A DNA stretch of 64,000 bases. Origin: Alphaproteobacteria bacterium (lineage in GTDB: Bacteria > Pseudomonadota > Alphaproteobacteria > GCA-2731375). Where the stretch lies: the NCBI GenBank assembly GCA_965232515.1, contig CBDDPY010000002.1, forward strand, positions 6,464,001 through 6,528,000, given 5' to 3'. Below are positions 9,320 through 18,939 of this stretch, one piece after another. Position 1 is the stretch's first letter. Every line of letters begins with the position of its first letter. Under the pieces are notes generated by a model. The model was not told the origin of the DNA, made no database searches, and saw only the letters and a program-made list of their open reading frames with translations. Made by a program: the position numbers and the translations under genes.

Positions 9320-11584
9320 ATGGTGAGATTGGCCCGAATCGCTCCACTGTGGATTGCGCTCATTCTCGCGGTGCCGGCCGTCCCTGCCGCCGCGAAAGAC
9401 CACGAGAGCGTGCTGGTGTTGAATTCGTTCGGGTCGGGCGACTATTTTTCCGAAGCGGTGATCAGGGGCATTCTCGAAGCCCTGTCCGTGCGCGAAGGGC
9501 TTGTTCTTTACGTCGACCACCTCGATGTCGAGCACGACCCGGCTGGCCGCCAACTCGAGAGATTCCGCAAGCTGCTCGCCGATCAAGATGCAGAGAGCGT
9601 CGATGCGATCATCACCATCGACGAGCCGGCACTGTTGTTTGCCTTGCAAGAGCGGGAGTTGATCGGCGCACGAACCCCCGTCATCTTCGGCGACATCAAG
9701 AGCATGTCGCCGGCGGAGCTTAACGCGCTGCCGAACACGACCGGCGTGCTCGGCCGCTACAACATCGAGCGCACCTTGGAGGTAATGTCCGCGCTGCACC
9801 CCGACCGCTCTTCCGTCGTGGTCGTTGGCGACGGGTCGGCGCGAAGCCTTCGGCTGCGCCGCGACTTCGACCGGGCGCGCGTGCGTTTCGCCAACCGGTT
9901 CACATTCCAGGACTCAGACAGCGAAACGATCAGTGAGCTTGGCAACGAACTGGCGACTCTCGGAGCCGGTCACCTCGTCTTCTACCTGTCGTTCGTCGAA
10001 CAGGCAGCAGGGTTACGGCTGAGTTTTTTTGACAGCGTCAGCCGCGTTGCGCGCGCCGTCGACGCGCCCGTCTACGGCGCGGTGGAGGACATGGTCGGCT
10101 ATGGCATCGTCGGCGGATATCTACAGAGCTCGCAGCTTCTCGGCCAGACGCTGGGAGCACAAGTCATCGAGGTGCTGGACGGAAAGGATATCGCCGCGAT
10201 CCCCATCGTCGAGGAAACGCCGCACCGGTTTGTCTTCGACTTTCGCGAGCTCGCGCGGTTCGGGATCCCGTTGCGAAAGCTCCCGGCTGGGAGTCAGGTG
10301 ATCGAAAAGCCCGACACGCTCTTCTACCGGTATCGCGAGTACCTCTGGTTCATTTTTTTCGTCTTTGTGGCGCTCGTCTTCTACATCGTCCAACTCCGCA
10401 TCAGCATTCAAAAACGTGACAAGGCGCGTCGGGGATTGGAGCGCCTCGTTGAAGAAAGCGCGAACCCATTGTCGATCGACCAGCCCACGCACCTGCTGGC
10501 CGAGATTTTCGATCGGCTGAAGACCGTGGCTCCCTTTTTGGAGCCGCGCGGGCTTTACAGGGGCAGGAATTCGGCGGATGCCGGGAGCGTCATGGATTTT
10601 GTCCCATTCGGAAAGTTCAGGGGCGGGGCACAGGCGCCCAACCCGGCTCTGGTCAAGCGGGCGATCGAAACCGGACGAAACCAGTTCGACAGGAACGACG
10701 TCCTGCTGGTCTTGGGGAACGACAAACTTCCCGCGAACCTCGCCTATTTCCGGACGGCGCGCCGCCTGGATGCCTTCGATCAGCGGCTGGTCGACCTCTT
10801 TACCCGAAACATCTCGATTGAGTGTGACAACATCGAGGCGGTGCGCCTGTCGTCCTCGCTCGAGAGTGCGCATCAGCTTCAAGATGCCCTGCTGCCCAAA
10901 GAATTCGGCAAGATGGCCGAGGCCTTCGACGTCGACGTGCATGCCCTGGTACAGCCGGCCCGGCAGGTCGGCGGAGACCTGTACGACCTCTTCCCGCTAG
11001 ACGACGACAGATTGTGCCTGGTGATCGGTGACGTCGCCGACAAGGGCATGCCATCCGCCTTGTACATGGCCATGACCCGCACGCTCGTGCGCGCGGCTGC
11101 GGAAACGGAGGCGGATCCCGGCGTCATTCTGCAGAAGGCCAACACGGCGCTCTGCCGCGAGAACAGTCAGATGATGTTCGTCACGCTCTTCTGCGCCATT
11201 TATACGCGCGGTTCGGGTCAACTCGCCTATGCCAATGCGGGGCACTGCCCGCCATTCATACGCAGCGCCGATGGAGAAGTCACGGCCCTGCCTGTCCAGA
11301 CCAACATCGCGCTGGGCGTGCTTCATGACGCGACCTTTCCGGCGCAAGCGACGACGCTGCCGGTGGGTGCCACGCTGCTGATGTTTACCGATGGCATTAC
11401 GGAAGCGATGAACGCGTCCGGCGAGCCATTCCGGGAAGCCCGCGCCAAAGCGGTCTTTTCGTCCAACGGAGCCGCCTCGGCTCACGAGGCGACCACCGCC
11501 ATCGTCTCGGCCGTTGAAGCGTTTGCGGGTCAAATCCCGCAGTCGGACGACCTGACCTTGCTGTGCCTCCGTCGCGGGCCCTGA
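9320..11584 (+). CDS. Membrane sensor PP2C Ser phosphatase (RsbU/BtrU-like): signal peptide, periplasmic binding-protein-like domain, TM, DUF3369/GAF-like linker, SpoIIE domain
   Basis: PARQVGGDLYD, IGDVADKGMPSALYMA, MFVTLF, NAGHCPP, FTDGITEA, QSDDLTLL; hydrophobic N-terminus and central TM. Confidence 0.92.
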   Translation: MVRLARIAPLWIALILAVPAVPAAAKDHESVLVLNSFGSGDYFSEAVIRGILEALSVREGLVLYVDHLDVEHDPAGRQLERFRKLLADQDAESVDAIITIDEPALLFALQERELIGARTPVIFGDIKSMSPAELNALPNTTGVLGRYNIERTLEVMSALHPDRSSVVVVGDGSARSLRLRRDFDRARVRFANRFTFQDSDSETISELGNELATLGAGHLVFYLSFVEQAAGLRLSFFDSVSRVARAVDAPVYGAVEDMVGYGIVGGYLQSSQLLGQTLGAQVIEVLDGKDIAAIPIVEETPHRFVFDFRELARFGIPLRKLPAGSQVIEKPDTLFYRYREYLWFIFFVFVALVFYIVQLRISIQKRDKARRGLERLVEESANPLSIDQPTHLLAEIFDRLKTVAPFLEPRGLYRGRNSADAGSVMDFVPFGKFRGGAQAPNPALVKRAIETGRNQFDRNDVLLVLGNDKLPANLAYFRTARRLDAFDQRLVDLFTRNISIECDNIEAVRLSSSLESAHQLQDALLPKEFGKMAEAFDVDVHALVQPARQVGGDLYDLFPLDDDRLCLVIGDVADKGMPSALYMAMTRTLVRAAAETEADPGVILQKANTALCRENSQMMFVTLFCAIYTRGSGQLAYANAGHCPPFIRSADGEVTALPVQTNIALGVLHDATFPAQATTLPVGATLLMFTDGITEAMNASGEPFREARAKAVFSSNGAASAHEATTAIVSAVEAFAGQIPQSDDLTLLCLRRGP

Positions 11585-11648
11585 AACGGCACTAGACGCC
11601 CTGTCATGAGCTGACCCTTGGCAGCTTGTCACCGGCCGTGTCGTACCG

Positions 11649-11664
11649 GTCCGAATTCGGTCCG
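11649..11664 (+). promoter_or_regulatory. Direct-repeat box
   Basis: GTCCGAATTCGGTCCG, TAGAAAT 21 nt downstream. Confidence 0.7.
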
Positions 11665-11780
11665 GTCGCCGGCCGTCGGGATCGCTAGAAATCACGCAGT
11701 GGAACTGGCCTTGCGCTCGGGATCGCCAAGCGACGTCCCTTCGCGATGCCATGCCTGCAATGGACAAGAGGTCTCTCGCG

Positions 11781-12254
11781 ATGCCCAACGACTCGACGCT
11801 TGCAGCCCTGCTGCACGACGCCGGCCCGCTGCTCGAAGACGCCGACATCTACGACTATCCGGACGCAGCCGCGCATCAGATCGTCTTTGACGACGACTTC
11901 GACATCATCCTCAAAGGTGACGCCGACCGCGAGGTGGTGGTGCTCGAGGGCGACCTCGGCAAGCCGCCGGAAGGGTCCGAGCCGCAGCTCTATCCGATGC
12001 TGCTTTCCCTTGGCCGGATTTGGGAGACCACCGGCGGGCTCCAGTTCTCCGTCGATCCGAACGACGGTGAAGTGGTCCTGCATTGGGATCTGGGTGCGGC
12101 GAACCTGGACGCCCAGAAACTGCACGCCGCCCTGCTCAGCTTCGCCGAACGCATGGTCATCTGGCGCGAGGTGGTTGCAAGCGGTGGCGTCGAGGATGAC
12201 GACCGCAGCATTCAGCCAAGCTCGGAGTCCGGCGGCGAGATCATCGTCGGCTGA
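11781..12254 (+). CDS. CesT/SycE-like class I T3SS chaperone
   Basis: Acidic 157 aa; LY.MLL.LGRIWETTGGL.FSVDP..GEVVL...L..F.E....W. Confidence 0.85.
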   Translation: MPNDSTLAALLHDAGPLLEDADIYDYPDAAAHQIVFDDDFDIILKGDADREVVVLEGDLGKPPEGSEPQLYPMLLSLGRIWETTGGLQFSVDPNDGEVVLHWDLGAANLDAQKLHAALLSFAERMVIWREVVASGGVEDDDRSIQPSSESGGEIIVG

Positions 12255-12304
12255 CCGCGGCCAGGCAGGCCGCGCTACCCGATGCTAATCCGAGGAGCGC
12301 AACA

Positions 12305-14329
12305 ATGCCGAACCCAATTCCCAGCTTCCGGCAGGTGCAGGCTCATCTGCTCGAACGAAATGTTCGGAATGCGAGCGAAATCCGCGGGGATTTGCACACC
12401 GGTCCATACGTGCATCAGGCGCCAAACTTCATCACGAGGTTCTGGCGTAGCCTGGCGTCCAGGTGTACTTCGGCGGACAACAACGCGCCGGCGCATCGGC
12501 CGGCGGAGAGCGATATCCCGGCCGAGCGGGCCATGCGGGCCCAAGCCAGGGTTCTCGGCAACTACACCTCGAAGCAGCTTGCGAAGGTTCAGGTCCATGG
12601 ATCGATGTCGCGCTCATACGGCGCGGCGTTCGCGGACTGGGCATTCCAAAGCGCAGGGGTCGACAAGAACAGCAACCGGGCGCTGACCGGTCAACAGGAC
12701 TTCCAGCTGGCACGGCTTGCGGCGAGTTTCGAACGGCATCTCGACCTGACCGGCGGCAGCGCGCGCTACCAGTTCGTCGACGCCATGCTCAATGTCGAGC
12801 AGACCAAACTGAACGACACGTCTGACGACAAGGTCGCGTTTCGCGTGGCGATGAAGGACACCATCGATCAGTTCATCAGCAACAGGACGAGCGCGGTGCT
12901 GGGCCTGTCGCACGGCGAAGTTCGGTCCCTGATCAACCAACGAAACCATTTGGACGAACTGAACAACTCCGAACTCGAAGAACTCTATTTCAAGCTCTTG
13001 CGCATCAGCGACGGCGCGCGGGACAAGCTCGCCAACAACACGACGGATGCCGCCCACCTGGAGTCCTTCAAGCGCAGGGTGGCGGGGCACGAATCCATCC
13101 TGGGCAAAATCGCGCAATGGAAGCGCCACGTTCAGCTCCAGAAAGAGCAACCCAGCAAGGCGCAATGGCGAGCCTACAAGAACCTTAACCGCAACTACAT
13201 GAAGACCGTACGCGGCCCGAAGGCGTGGGCGGTTACGGATCCGTTCAGGTTCTTTCAGAGCAAAGCTGGCAACACCCATTTGAAGCCAAGCCGACAGCCG
13301 CTTGCCCGGCATGACCCGAACCCCTTCAAGCCTCTGAGCGTGCCCAAGGACAGGCTCGGTAAGGCACGATACTTCCACCGCAACCTCAAGGGGCTGAGGA
13401 CACTGGGCGGCATTGTCGGCCTTCGCTTCCTCAAGCTGGAACAATGTCTCGACCAGGCGGCGAAGGGCGACTATCGGCCAGATGACCTTTTGGACCACCT
13501 GCGGTATGCGAGGTTTCAGCTAAACCGCACGTCCATTGACGATATGACCTTCGGCACCGCCGATTTCGTGGGAACGTTCGACATTTTTCTCGGCAACCTC
13601 ATCGAGGCCGTCAGCGGCGAGGGCCGCGTCGCCATTCCCAAGGACGGACCCGAACCCCCGCCGCCGGCAAGCGCGCGTGCCCGCCAGATACAGAACGCGT
13701 TCACGCCGAACGATTTCCGTTTGGAGCATGTCATGCCCGACGGCCCGGCGGCGAAGCAGCTCACAACCAGGCAAAAGGAAGCTTTTGAACACCTGCGTCA
13801 GGCCGTGCTTGAGGTCGATAAGATCACGCAGAAACAGAAGCTCTTTTCCAGAGACCTGAGGCTGGCCCTGATCGACTTGTTCGCCCACGATTCTGATAAC
13901 CTGGCCAAACCACTTCGACCGGACTCTGACGACCATCTCATCGACCGAAGCGCTTACGACCGGGACTTCAGCTTCCTGGCGGACAAGGTCAAGCTTTCGG
14001 CGACGAATTTGGCGCTCGACGCCGGTTTCCTCGCGACCCAGGCGGAAAAAGCGGTGGCGGAGGCGAAGTCGGCCCTGGCAGACAATCGCAAGGCCTATGC
14101 AAAACACAGGAAGAATGGCGACAAGGCAGCGATTAGGGAACTACGTGACCGTCATACTGAAATCAAACGGACTGCTCATGACTTGGAAGCCCGGCGTGCC
14201 GAGCTGACCGATGCGGTGGTGCTGTTCCGGCACATTGCGTCCGCCGCTTCCAGGATCGCGGAGACGCACGAGGTGGCGCCGCTACAGCACAAGCGGCAAC
14301 GGATTCTCGGCCTGGGCGATGACGCCTGA
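12305..14329 (+). CDS. Candidate T3SS effector, 674 aa, no recognised domain
   Basis: GAGGAG RBS; follows a class I chaperone; MPNPIPSF N-terminus; C-terminal coiled coil. Confidence 0.65.
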   Translation: MPNPIPSFRQVQAHLLERNVRNASEIRGDLHTGPYVHQAPNFITRFWRSLASRCTSADNNAPAHRPAESDIPAERAMRAQARVLGNYTSKQLAKVQVHGSMSRSYGAAFADWAFQSAGVDKNSNRALTGQQDFQLARLAASFERHLDLTGGSARYQFVDAMLNVEQTKLNDTSDDKVAFRVAMKDTIDQFISNRTSAVLGLSHGEVRSLINQRNHLDELNNSELEELYFKLLRISDGARDKLANNTTDAAHLESFKRRVAGHESILGKIAQWKRHVQLQKEQPSKAQWRAYKNLNRNYMKTVRGPKAWAVTDPFRFFQSKAGNTHLKPSRQPLARHDPNPFKPLSVPKDRLGKARYFHRNLKGLRTLGGIVGLRFLKLEQCLDQAAKGDYRPDDLLDHLRYARFQLNRTSIDDMTFGTADFVGTFDIFLGNLIEAVSGEGRVAIPKDGPEPPPPASARARQIQNAFTPNDFRLEHVMPDGPAAKQLTTRQKEAFEHLRQAVLEVDKITQKQKLFSRDLRLALIDLFAHDSDNLAKPLRPDSDDHLIDRSAYDRDFSFLADKVKLSATNLALDAGFLATQAEKAVAEAKSALADNRKAYAKHRKNGDKAAIRELRDRHTEIKRTAHDLEARRAELTDAVVLFRHIASAASRIAETHEVAPLQHKRQRILGLGDDA

Positions 14330-14534
14330 CGAACCCAGCGGCAGGACTGGGATGGCAGGAGCGCGTCGGTCCCACATACCTCAAAGGCGGCGGCGTCGGG
14401 GTCACGCCGACCGAGCCAGGGGACGCCTGCTCCGAGGGCCACACGCTGCGACGGTCGGTCGCAGCAACCTGAAGACCCCGTCGCCGGCCGATCCAGTCGC
14501 ACCATCGGTCAAGGCGCCGGGAACCGGTGCCATG

Positions 14535-14550
14535 GTCCGAACTTGGTCCG
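14535..14550 (+). promoter_or_regulatory. Direct-repeat box
   Basis: GTCCGAACTTGGTCCG, TATAGAT 20 nt downstream. Confidence 0.7.
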
Positions 14551-14630
14551 GTCTCGGTTTCCCTGGGAATTATAGATCGTAGGTCGTTGGGGTTGCGCCA
14601 GGGCGCGCGGGTTATCGAACGGAGACATCT

Positions 14631-15107
14631 ATGTCGAACGCTGGACTCGTAAGGGATCTCATGTCCGAAATCGGGCCGATCCTGGAACTGCGCGGGATCG
14701 TGGAGATCAACGGCGAGGCGAAATGGGTGCTCGACCTCGATGGCGAGCACGCGGTCGTCGTGGAGCATGCGGCAGCCGACGATCGGCTGTTCTTCACTGC
14801 AGAAGCGGGCGTGCCAGAGCCGGCAGCGCGCCTGGTCTGCTACGAACTGCTGCTGGCCTACAACGCCCTGTGGCGGCAGACGGGCGGCGTGCGCATGGCC
14901 GTGAACGGCGAAGACGGCGCGGTGCTTCAGATCGCCGACGTCGCCGTCGAGGGCCTCGACGCGGCCGCGCTGGCCGAGGTTCTTGAGAACTTCTTCGGCA
15001 AGCTCGGCGAGTGGATGGACATCATCGCGATGGATCCCGACCAACGCGCCACCAAGGGCGCCGGAGGTTCGGCCACGTCCAATGGCGCCGGCGCACTGCG
15101 CGTCTAG
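14631..15107 (+). CDS. CesT-like class I T3SS chaperone
   Basis: YELLLAYNALWRQTGGVRMAV; GGAG RBS. Confidence 0.88.
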   Translation: MSNAGLVRDLMSEIGPILELRGIVEINGEAKWVLDLDGEHAVVVEHAAADDRLFFTAEAGVPEPAARLVCYELLLAYNALWRQTGGVRMAVNGEDGAVLQIADVAVEGLDAAALAEVLENFFGKLGEWMDIIAMDPDQRATKGAGGSATSNGAGALRV

Positions 15108-15180
15108 GCGCGGGCGGGCCACGAACTCAATCCGACAGGACCCTTAGGTTTTGGGTTGCACCACCGAGGAGTGGAAAACG

Positions 15181-17382
15181 ATGGGCGACAAGATCCATGA
15201 CTTCAATGGCCTTGTGAACAGGTACGCCCTGCACCCGAGCCAGCCCGGCAGCGGCGAGACACTGCGCGTCGGACAGCCCAATGCCTCGGGCACGAGGCAG
15301 GTCCACACGGCGGAACGCTACAAATCCCGGTTTTTGGGGAATGAAGCCCCGCCAAGAAGCACCGCGCAATTGAAAGAGATTGCGAACAGGATCGCCAGAC
15401 ACGAGAACGTGTCGGACGAGGAGCGGTCAGACCTGGACGAAGCCGTCGCGAGGGAAAAGGTCAAGACGCTGCTGCATCGGGAACTGGACGGCGACTCGCC
15501 TCTCGCGCAGCGCGTCCTGCAGGACTACAAAAACCTGTACGGCCACGATCTGCAAACGACCTCTGTATCGCGCGCCGATCTCTATCGTCTGAGCGTGACG
15601 GCCGACCGCGTGCGCCAAACCGTGCAGGAAGAACGCGAAGCCATGATCGTGGTGAACCCACGGATCGAAGCGACGAAACGCGCGGTGCGCATGATCACCG
15701 AGAGGTTCAGCGCGGCGAAGAACAAGGGGCCGGACCACCAGCAGAAGCTGCAGGAGCTCAAAAATCTGCAGACGGGGCTTGACGAAATCGGCCCGCGCGC
15801 GAACCCCGACGAGGTGGACGCGATGGCGAAAAAAGTCATCGATGAGATCGGCCTTCACGAACGCTACTTCGGGATCGGACGAATCCGGTACGGCGTGAAA
15901 GCGAATTTCCGCGAGACGCTGAACTTGGCGCGGGCTGCGGTGGATCGGGAGCTGAAAGGTCAGGACAAGTCGCCCGAACAGGAGCAGTTGCGCTTCGCGA
16001 TGAATCACATCGTGACCCAGCTTCAGGATCACCGCCAGCAAATCGAAGAACGGATCGACAACCTGAGCCAGGCCATCGAACGCAATTCCTACAAGGGCGC
16101 TTTTGGCAGGGGTCATCCGGAATATCTGGAGCAGACCGGCCGAAACCCGGTGGATGTCAAACAGTTGAAGCGCGATCTGCTGCAACTCAAGGCGGCGCAC
16201 CTCTGGATCACGCGGGCGTTGCCGAGCCTCTCGAACATGCGCAGCAAGCTGACGCATCTGAGCATCAACCCGGAAACGGATTTTGCGGCGGCCGCGGCGG
16301 AGGTCGCTGGAAAGCTCCGGTCGATCGACACCTCGCTGAACAGGCATTCGGATGTCCTGTCGAAGTACGGTATCTCCCACGGCGTGGACCTTGGGCCGGC
16401 GGCCGACGATGTCTGGGAGGACGAAGACTCCATCGATGAGGAGTACGGCAATGACAGCGCCGTAGGTTCCGGTGACGAGGAGTTCTACTATCTCGGCGAT
16501 GCCAATCGAGGCCGCCGTCCATCCGACGTCGCCGACGTGGTGGCGTATGCAGATCTTTTCGACGGCCTCAAGGAGGACAAAGCAGGCGTCCTGGCATCGC
16601 GCATGGAGGCGCACGAATCCATTGCCCAGCGGCTGGCTGACGCCACGAAGGACCGGGTTTGGCTATGGACGCCAATGGCGGCGATTCCGGACGGGAGCGG
16701 GCTTTACCGGAGCGCTCAAAGGCAAACGATCGCGGAGCAGCAGCACGCGCATATGTCCATGGATTGGGCGCCGGGCAACGACGACGCGCCGGAGATCCGG
16801 CAGGAGATGCAAGCCTTCGCCAGCAAGAACGATGGCGCGGACCCGTTCAGAAGGCGGATCCTGCGGGTCGGACGGGAGCACCGGCATGAGTTGCTTCGAC
16901 AGTTCAATGCCGAGGCTGCGGCGATGGATTTCGGCCACGACGACAGCGCGTACGGCGCCGCTCTGGTGCGGTTTCAGCTAAACAATCTTGCCAGCCGGCT
17001 GCTCGGAGATGTCGTTTCGAACCGCGTCGACCGCATGTGGGCGGTCGAAGCCGACAATTTCATGAGAGAGAACGTCTGGCCGGAAGGCATATTGGACCGT
17101 GCGCCGCTGCAACAATCCACGTTCGGTAACGAAGACTTCCAATCGGCGATCGGCCAGTTGGAGGCCCATGCCAGAGCGGCGGAGGCGGCGGCCAATAGCG
17201 GGCGCCGCCTGCAGCGACGCCAGCTCGAGGCCATGAAAGACGTCGCCACGACGGTGAGGTGGTTTCTCGAGAACGATTGGGCCTTCTCGTCAGACGAGTC
17301 CGCTGACGTCTACTTCGGCCAACTCGACGATATCGTCAGGATCTGTGACGCGCTGACTGACCGACAGTCGGACAATGTATAG
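15181..17382 (+). CDS. Candidate T3SS effector, ~733 aa, helical with acidic linker
   Basis: GAGGAG RBS before ATG 15181; directly follows a chaperone. Confidence 0.65.
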   Translation: MGDKIHDFNGLVNRYALHPSQPGSGETLRVGQPNASGTRQVHTAERYKSRFLGNEAPPRSTAQLKEIANRIARHENVSDEERSDLDEAVAREKVKTLLHRELDGDSPLAQRVLQDYKNLYGHDLQTTSVSRADLYRLSVTADRVRQTVQEEREAMIVVNPRIEATKRAVRMITERFSAAKNKGPDHQQKLQELKNLQTGLDEIGPRANPDEVDAMAKKVIDEIGLHERYFGIGRIRYGVKANFRETLNLARAAVDRELKGQDKSPEQEQLRFAMNHIVTQLQDHRQQIEERIDNLSQAIERNSYKGAFGRGHPEYLEQTGRNPVDVKQLKRDLLQLKAAHLWITRALPSLSNMRSKLTHLSINPETDFAAAAAEVAGKLRSIDTSLNRHSDVLSKYGISHGVDLGPAADDVWEDEDSIDEEYGNDSAVGSGDEEFYYLGDANRGRRPSDVADVVAYADLFDGLKEDKAGVLASRMEAHESIAQRLADATKDRVWLWTPMAAIPDGSGLYRSAQRQTIAEQQHAHMSMDWAPGNDDAPEIRQEMQAFASKNDGADPFRRRILRVGREHRHELLRQFNAEAAAMDFGHDDSAYGAALVRFQLNNLASRLLGDVVSNRVDRMWAVEADNFMRENVWPEGILDRAPLQQSTFGNEDFQSAIGQLEAHARAAEAAANSGRRLQRRQLEAMKDVATTVRWFLENDWAFSSDESADVYFGQLDDIVRICDALTDRQSDNV

Positions 17383-17662
17383 CCCGTAGCCCTTAGGCGC
17401 CTCGGACGGGAGCGGTGAGGATGCGCCCGACAAAGCGCCAAGGCATGCACATGTATTACTGTGGCTCGCGATGGCCTGGTCGGCGTCCCGCCTGCGCGGC
17501 GGCCGATAAGCCGCAGGTTCCGTTGACGCCATACTTGTTGTTTCCCTGGCGGAAGTGGAGTGCCTTGCACTCCTCGGGCGCGCCGCAAACAACGCCCCGT
17601 TCGACCATGATCTCCCTGAGCCGTTCCGCTAGGGAGGTCTGGGGGATCCCTACCGGTTCTCT

Positions 17663-18664
17663 TTAGTTCAGCTGCGCGAAGAACGTATTCAACGTGGCGA
17701 TGGCCTGTCCGTCCGGCTCGATGTCCCGCGCAATGCGGTCGGCGACGCGCCTTTCGATCCACGCCCTGTCGTCATCGGACAGCTCCGTAGGCGGATTCTT
17801 TTCACGCAGCATGCGGAGATAGTTTCGGATGTGCCGCCTCATGTCGGCGCTCGGGGGCCTGCCCTTCAGGCCTTCGGCGGCCAGTCCGGTCAGGACGTCG
17901 ACGAGCCCCGATTTGACCAGATCCGTCCGTTCGGACGGATCCTCCGGTACCGCGTTTTCCAGGGTCCGATACACGAGAGGGCGAAACAGCGGTGTCAGCC
18001 TCGGCTCGCCCGACCTGCGGATGACATCGCGCAGGGTCTCAAGCACATCCGAATCCGGCGCCAGGACCTCAGCCGGGACCAGGTCCGCCAGCACCCGGTT
18101 GGCCACGTTTTCCACGATTTCGTCGATTTCCTGATTGCTCAGCTGGTACCGGACGGCCGAAGCCGGTGGACGGCCCGATGCCGCGAGAGCCGCTTCGCCA
18201 TCGAGCAGGTCCAGATAATGCGTGACGTTTCTGCGCCACGTCGTATCCGGGTTGCCGTCGCGCAGTCCCTGCGCGATGAATCCAACCAGCGAGTCCTCTA
18301 GCCCCGATTTGAATTGCTGGATCCGATCGGTTTTCGCGTCTGCGCCGGTCTCGTCGCGGACGGACCGCGCCCACCAGACCGCCAGTCTCTCCGCCCAGCG
18401 TACCAGCCGGCCTTTTTGCACGGGCACCCGCGCTTCGGCCACGCTAACCGAGGGACTGTCGTCATTCAGGCTGATGCTGTGGCTTCGAATCGACTGTGCG
18501 GACGTCAATCGCGCGCGGCGCTCCGTCGGTCCCCCGACGGTGGCCTCACGCCTGGTGCCGTACGCCCTATACCTATGACCGGAAGTCTCGGGCGATGGCA
18601 CTGTCGGCTCCGGCAGCAGGACATCCCCGGTATCGCTGCGGTACGACACTCTGTTTTCCGGCAT
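17663..18664 (-). CDS. Candidate T3SS effector, 333 aa, with internal duplication
   Basis: Ser/Pro/Thr-rich N-terminus; downstream of chaperone 18940..19413; two similar ~80 aa helical units. Confidence 0.6.
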   Translation of the reverse strand: MPENRVSYRSDTGDVLLPEPTVPSPETSGHRYRAYGTRREATVGGPTERRARLTSAQSIRSHSISLNDDSPSVSVAEARVPVQKGRLVRWAERLAVWWARSVRDETGADAKTDRIQQFKSGLEDSLVGFIAQGLRDGNPDTTWRRNVTHYLDLLDGEAALAASGRPPASAVRYQLSNQEIDEIVENVANRVLADLVPAEVLAPDSDVLETLRDVIRRSGEPRLTPLFRPLVYRTLENAVPEDPSERTDLVKSGLVDVLTGLAAEGLKGRPPSADMRRHIRNYLRMLREKNPPTELSDDDRAWIERRVADRIARDIEPDGQAIATLNTFFAQLN

Positions 18665-18939
18665 GGCGTTCTGAACCCGTCTTGCCTAGGGTCGATGGCT
18701 CAAGGCGCATGGACCGTCCCGGTCGGCGCCGCGTGCCGACCTGACGTCCGGCCGCATCCGATGCGCTTGGTTCTTGTCCCCGGACGGAAGGAGTGCGGGG
18801 CACCGGCTCGGTCTCAGATTGCCGGAGTCCCGCCTGCCGCCGTATCTGCCGGTATCGGTTGACGAGTCCGTTGTGTCGAATGCCCGGACGCACCGCGGTC
18901 CGCTGGCGGATGAAATGCTGCGTTCGGGCATCGGCAGAT

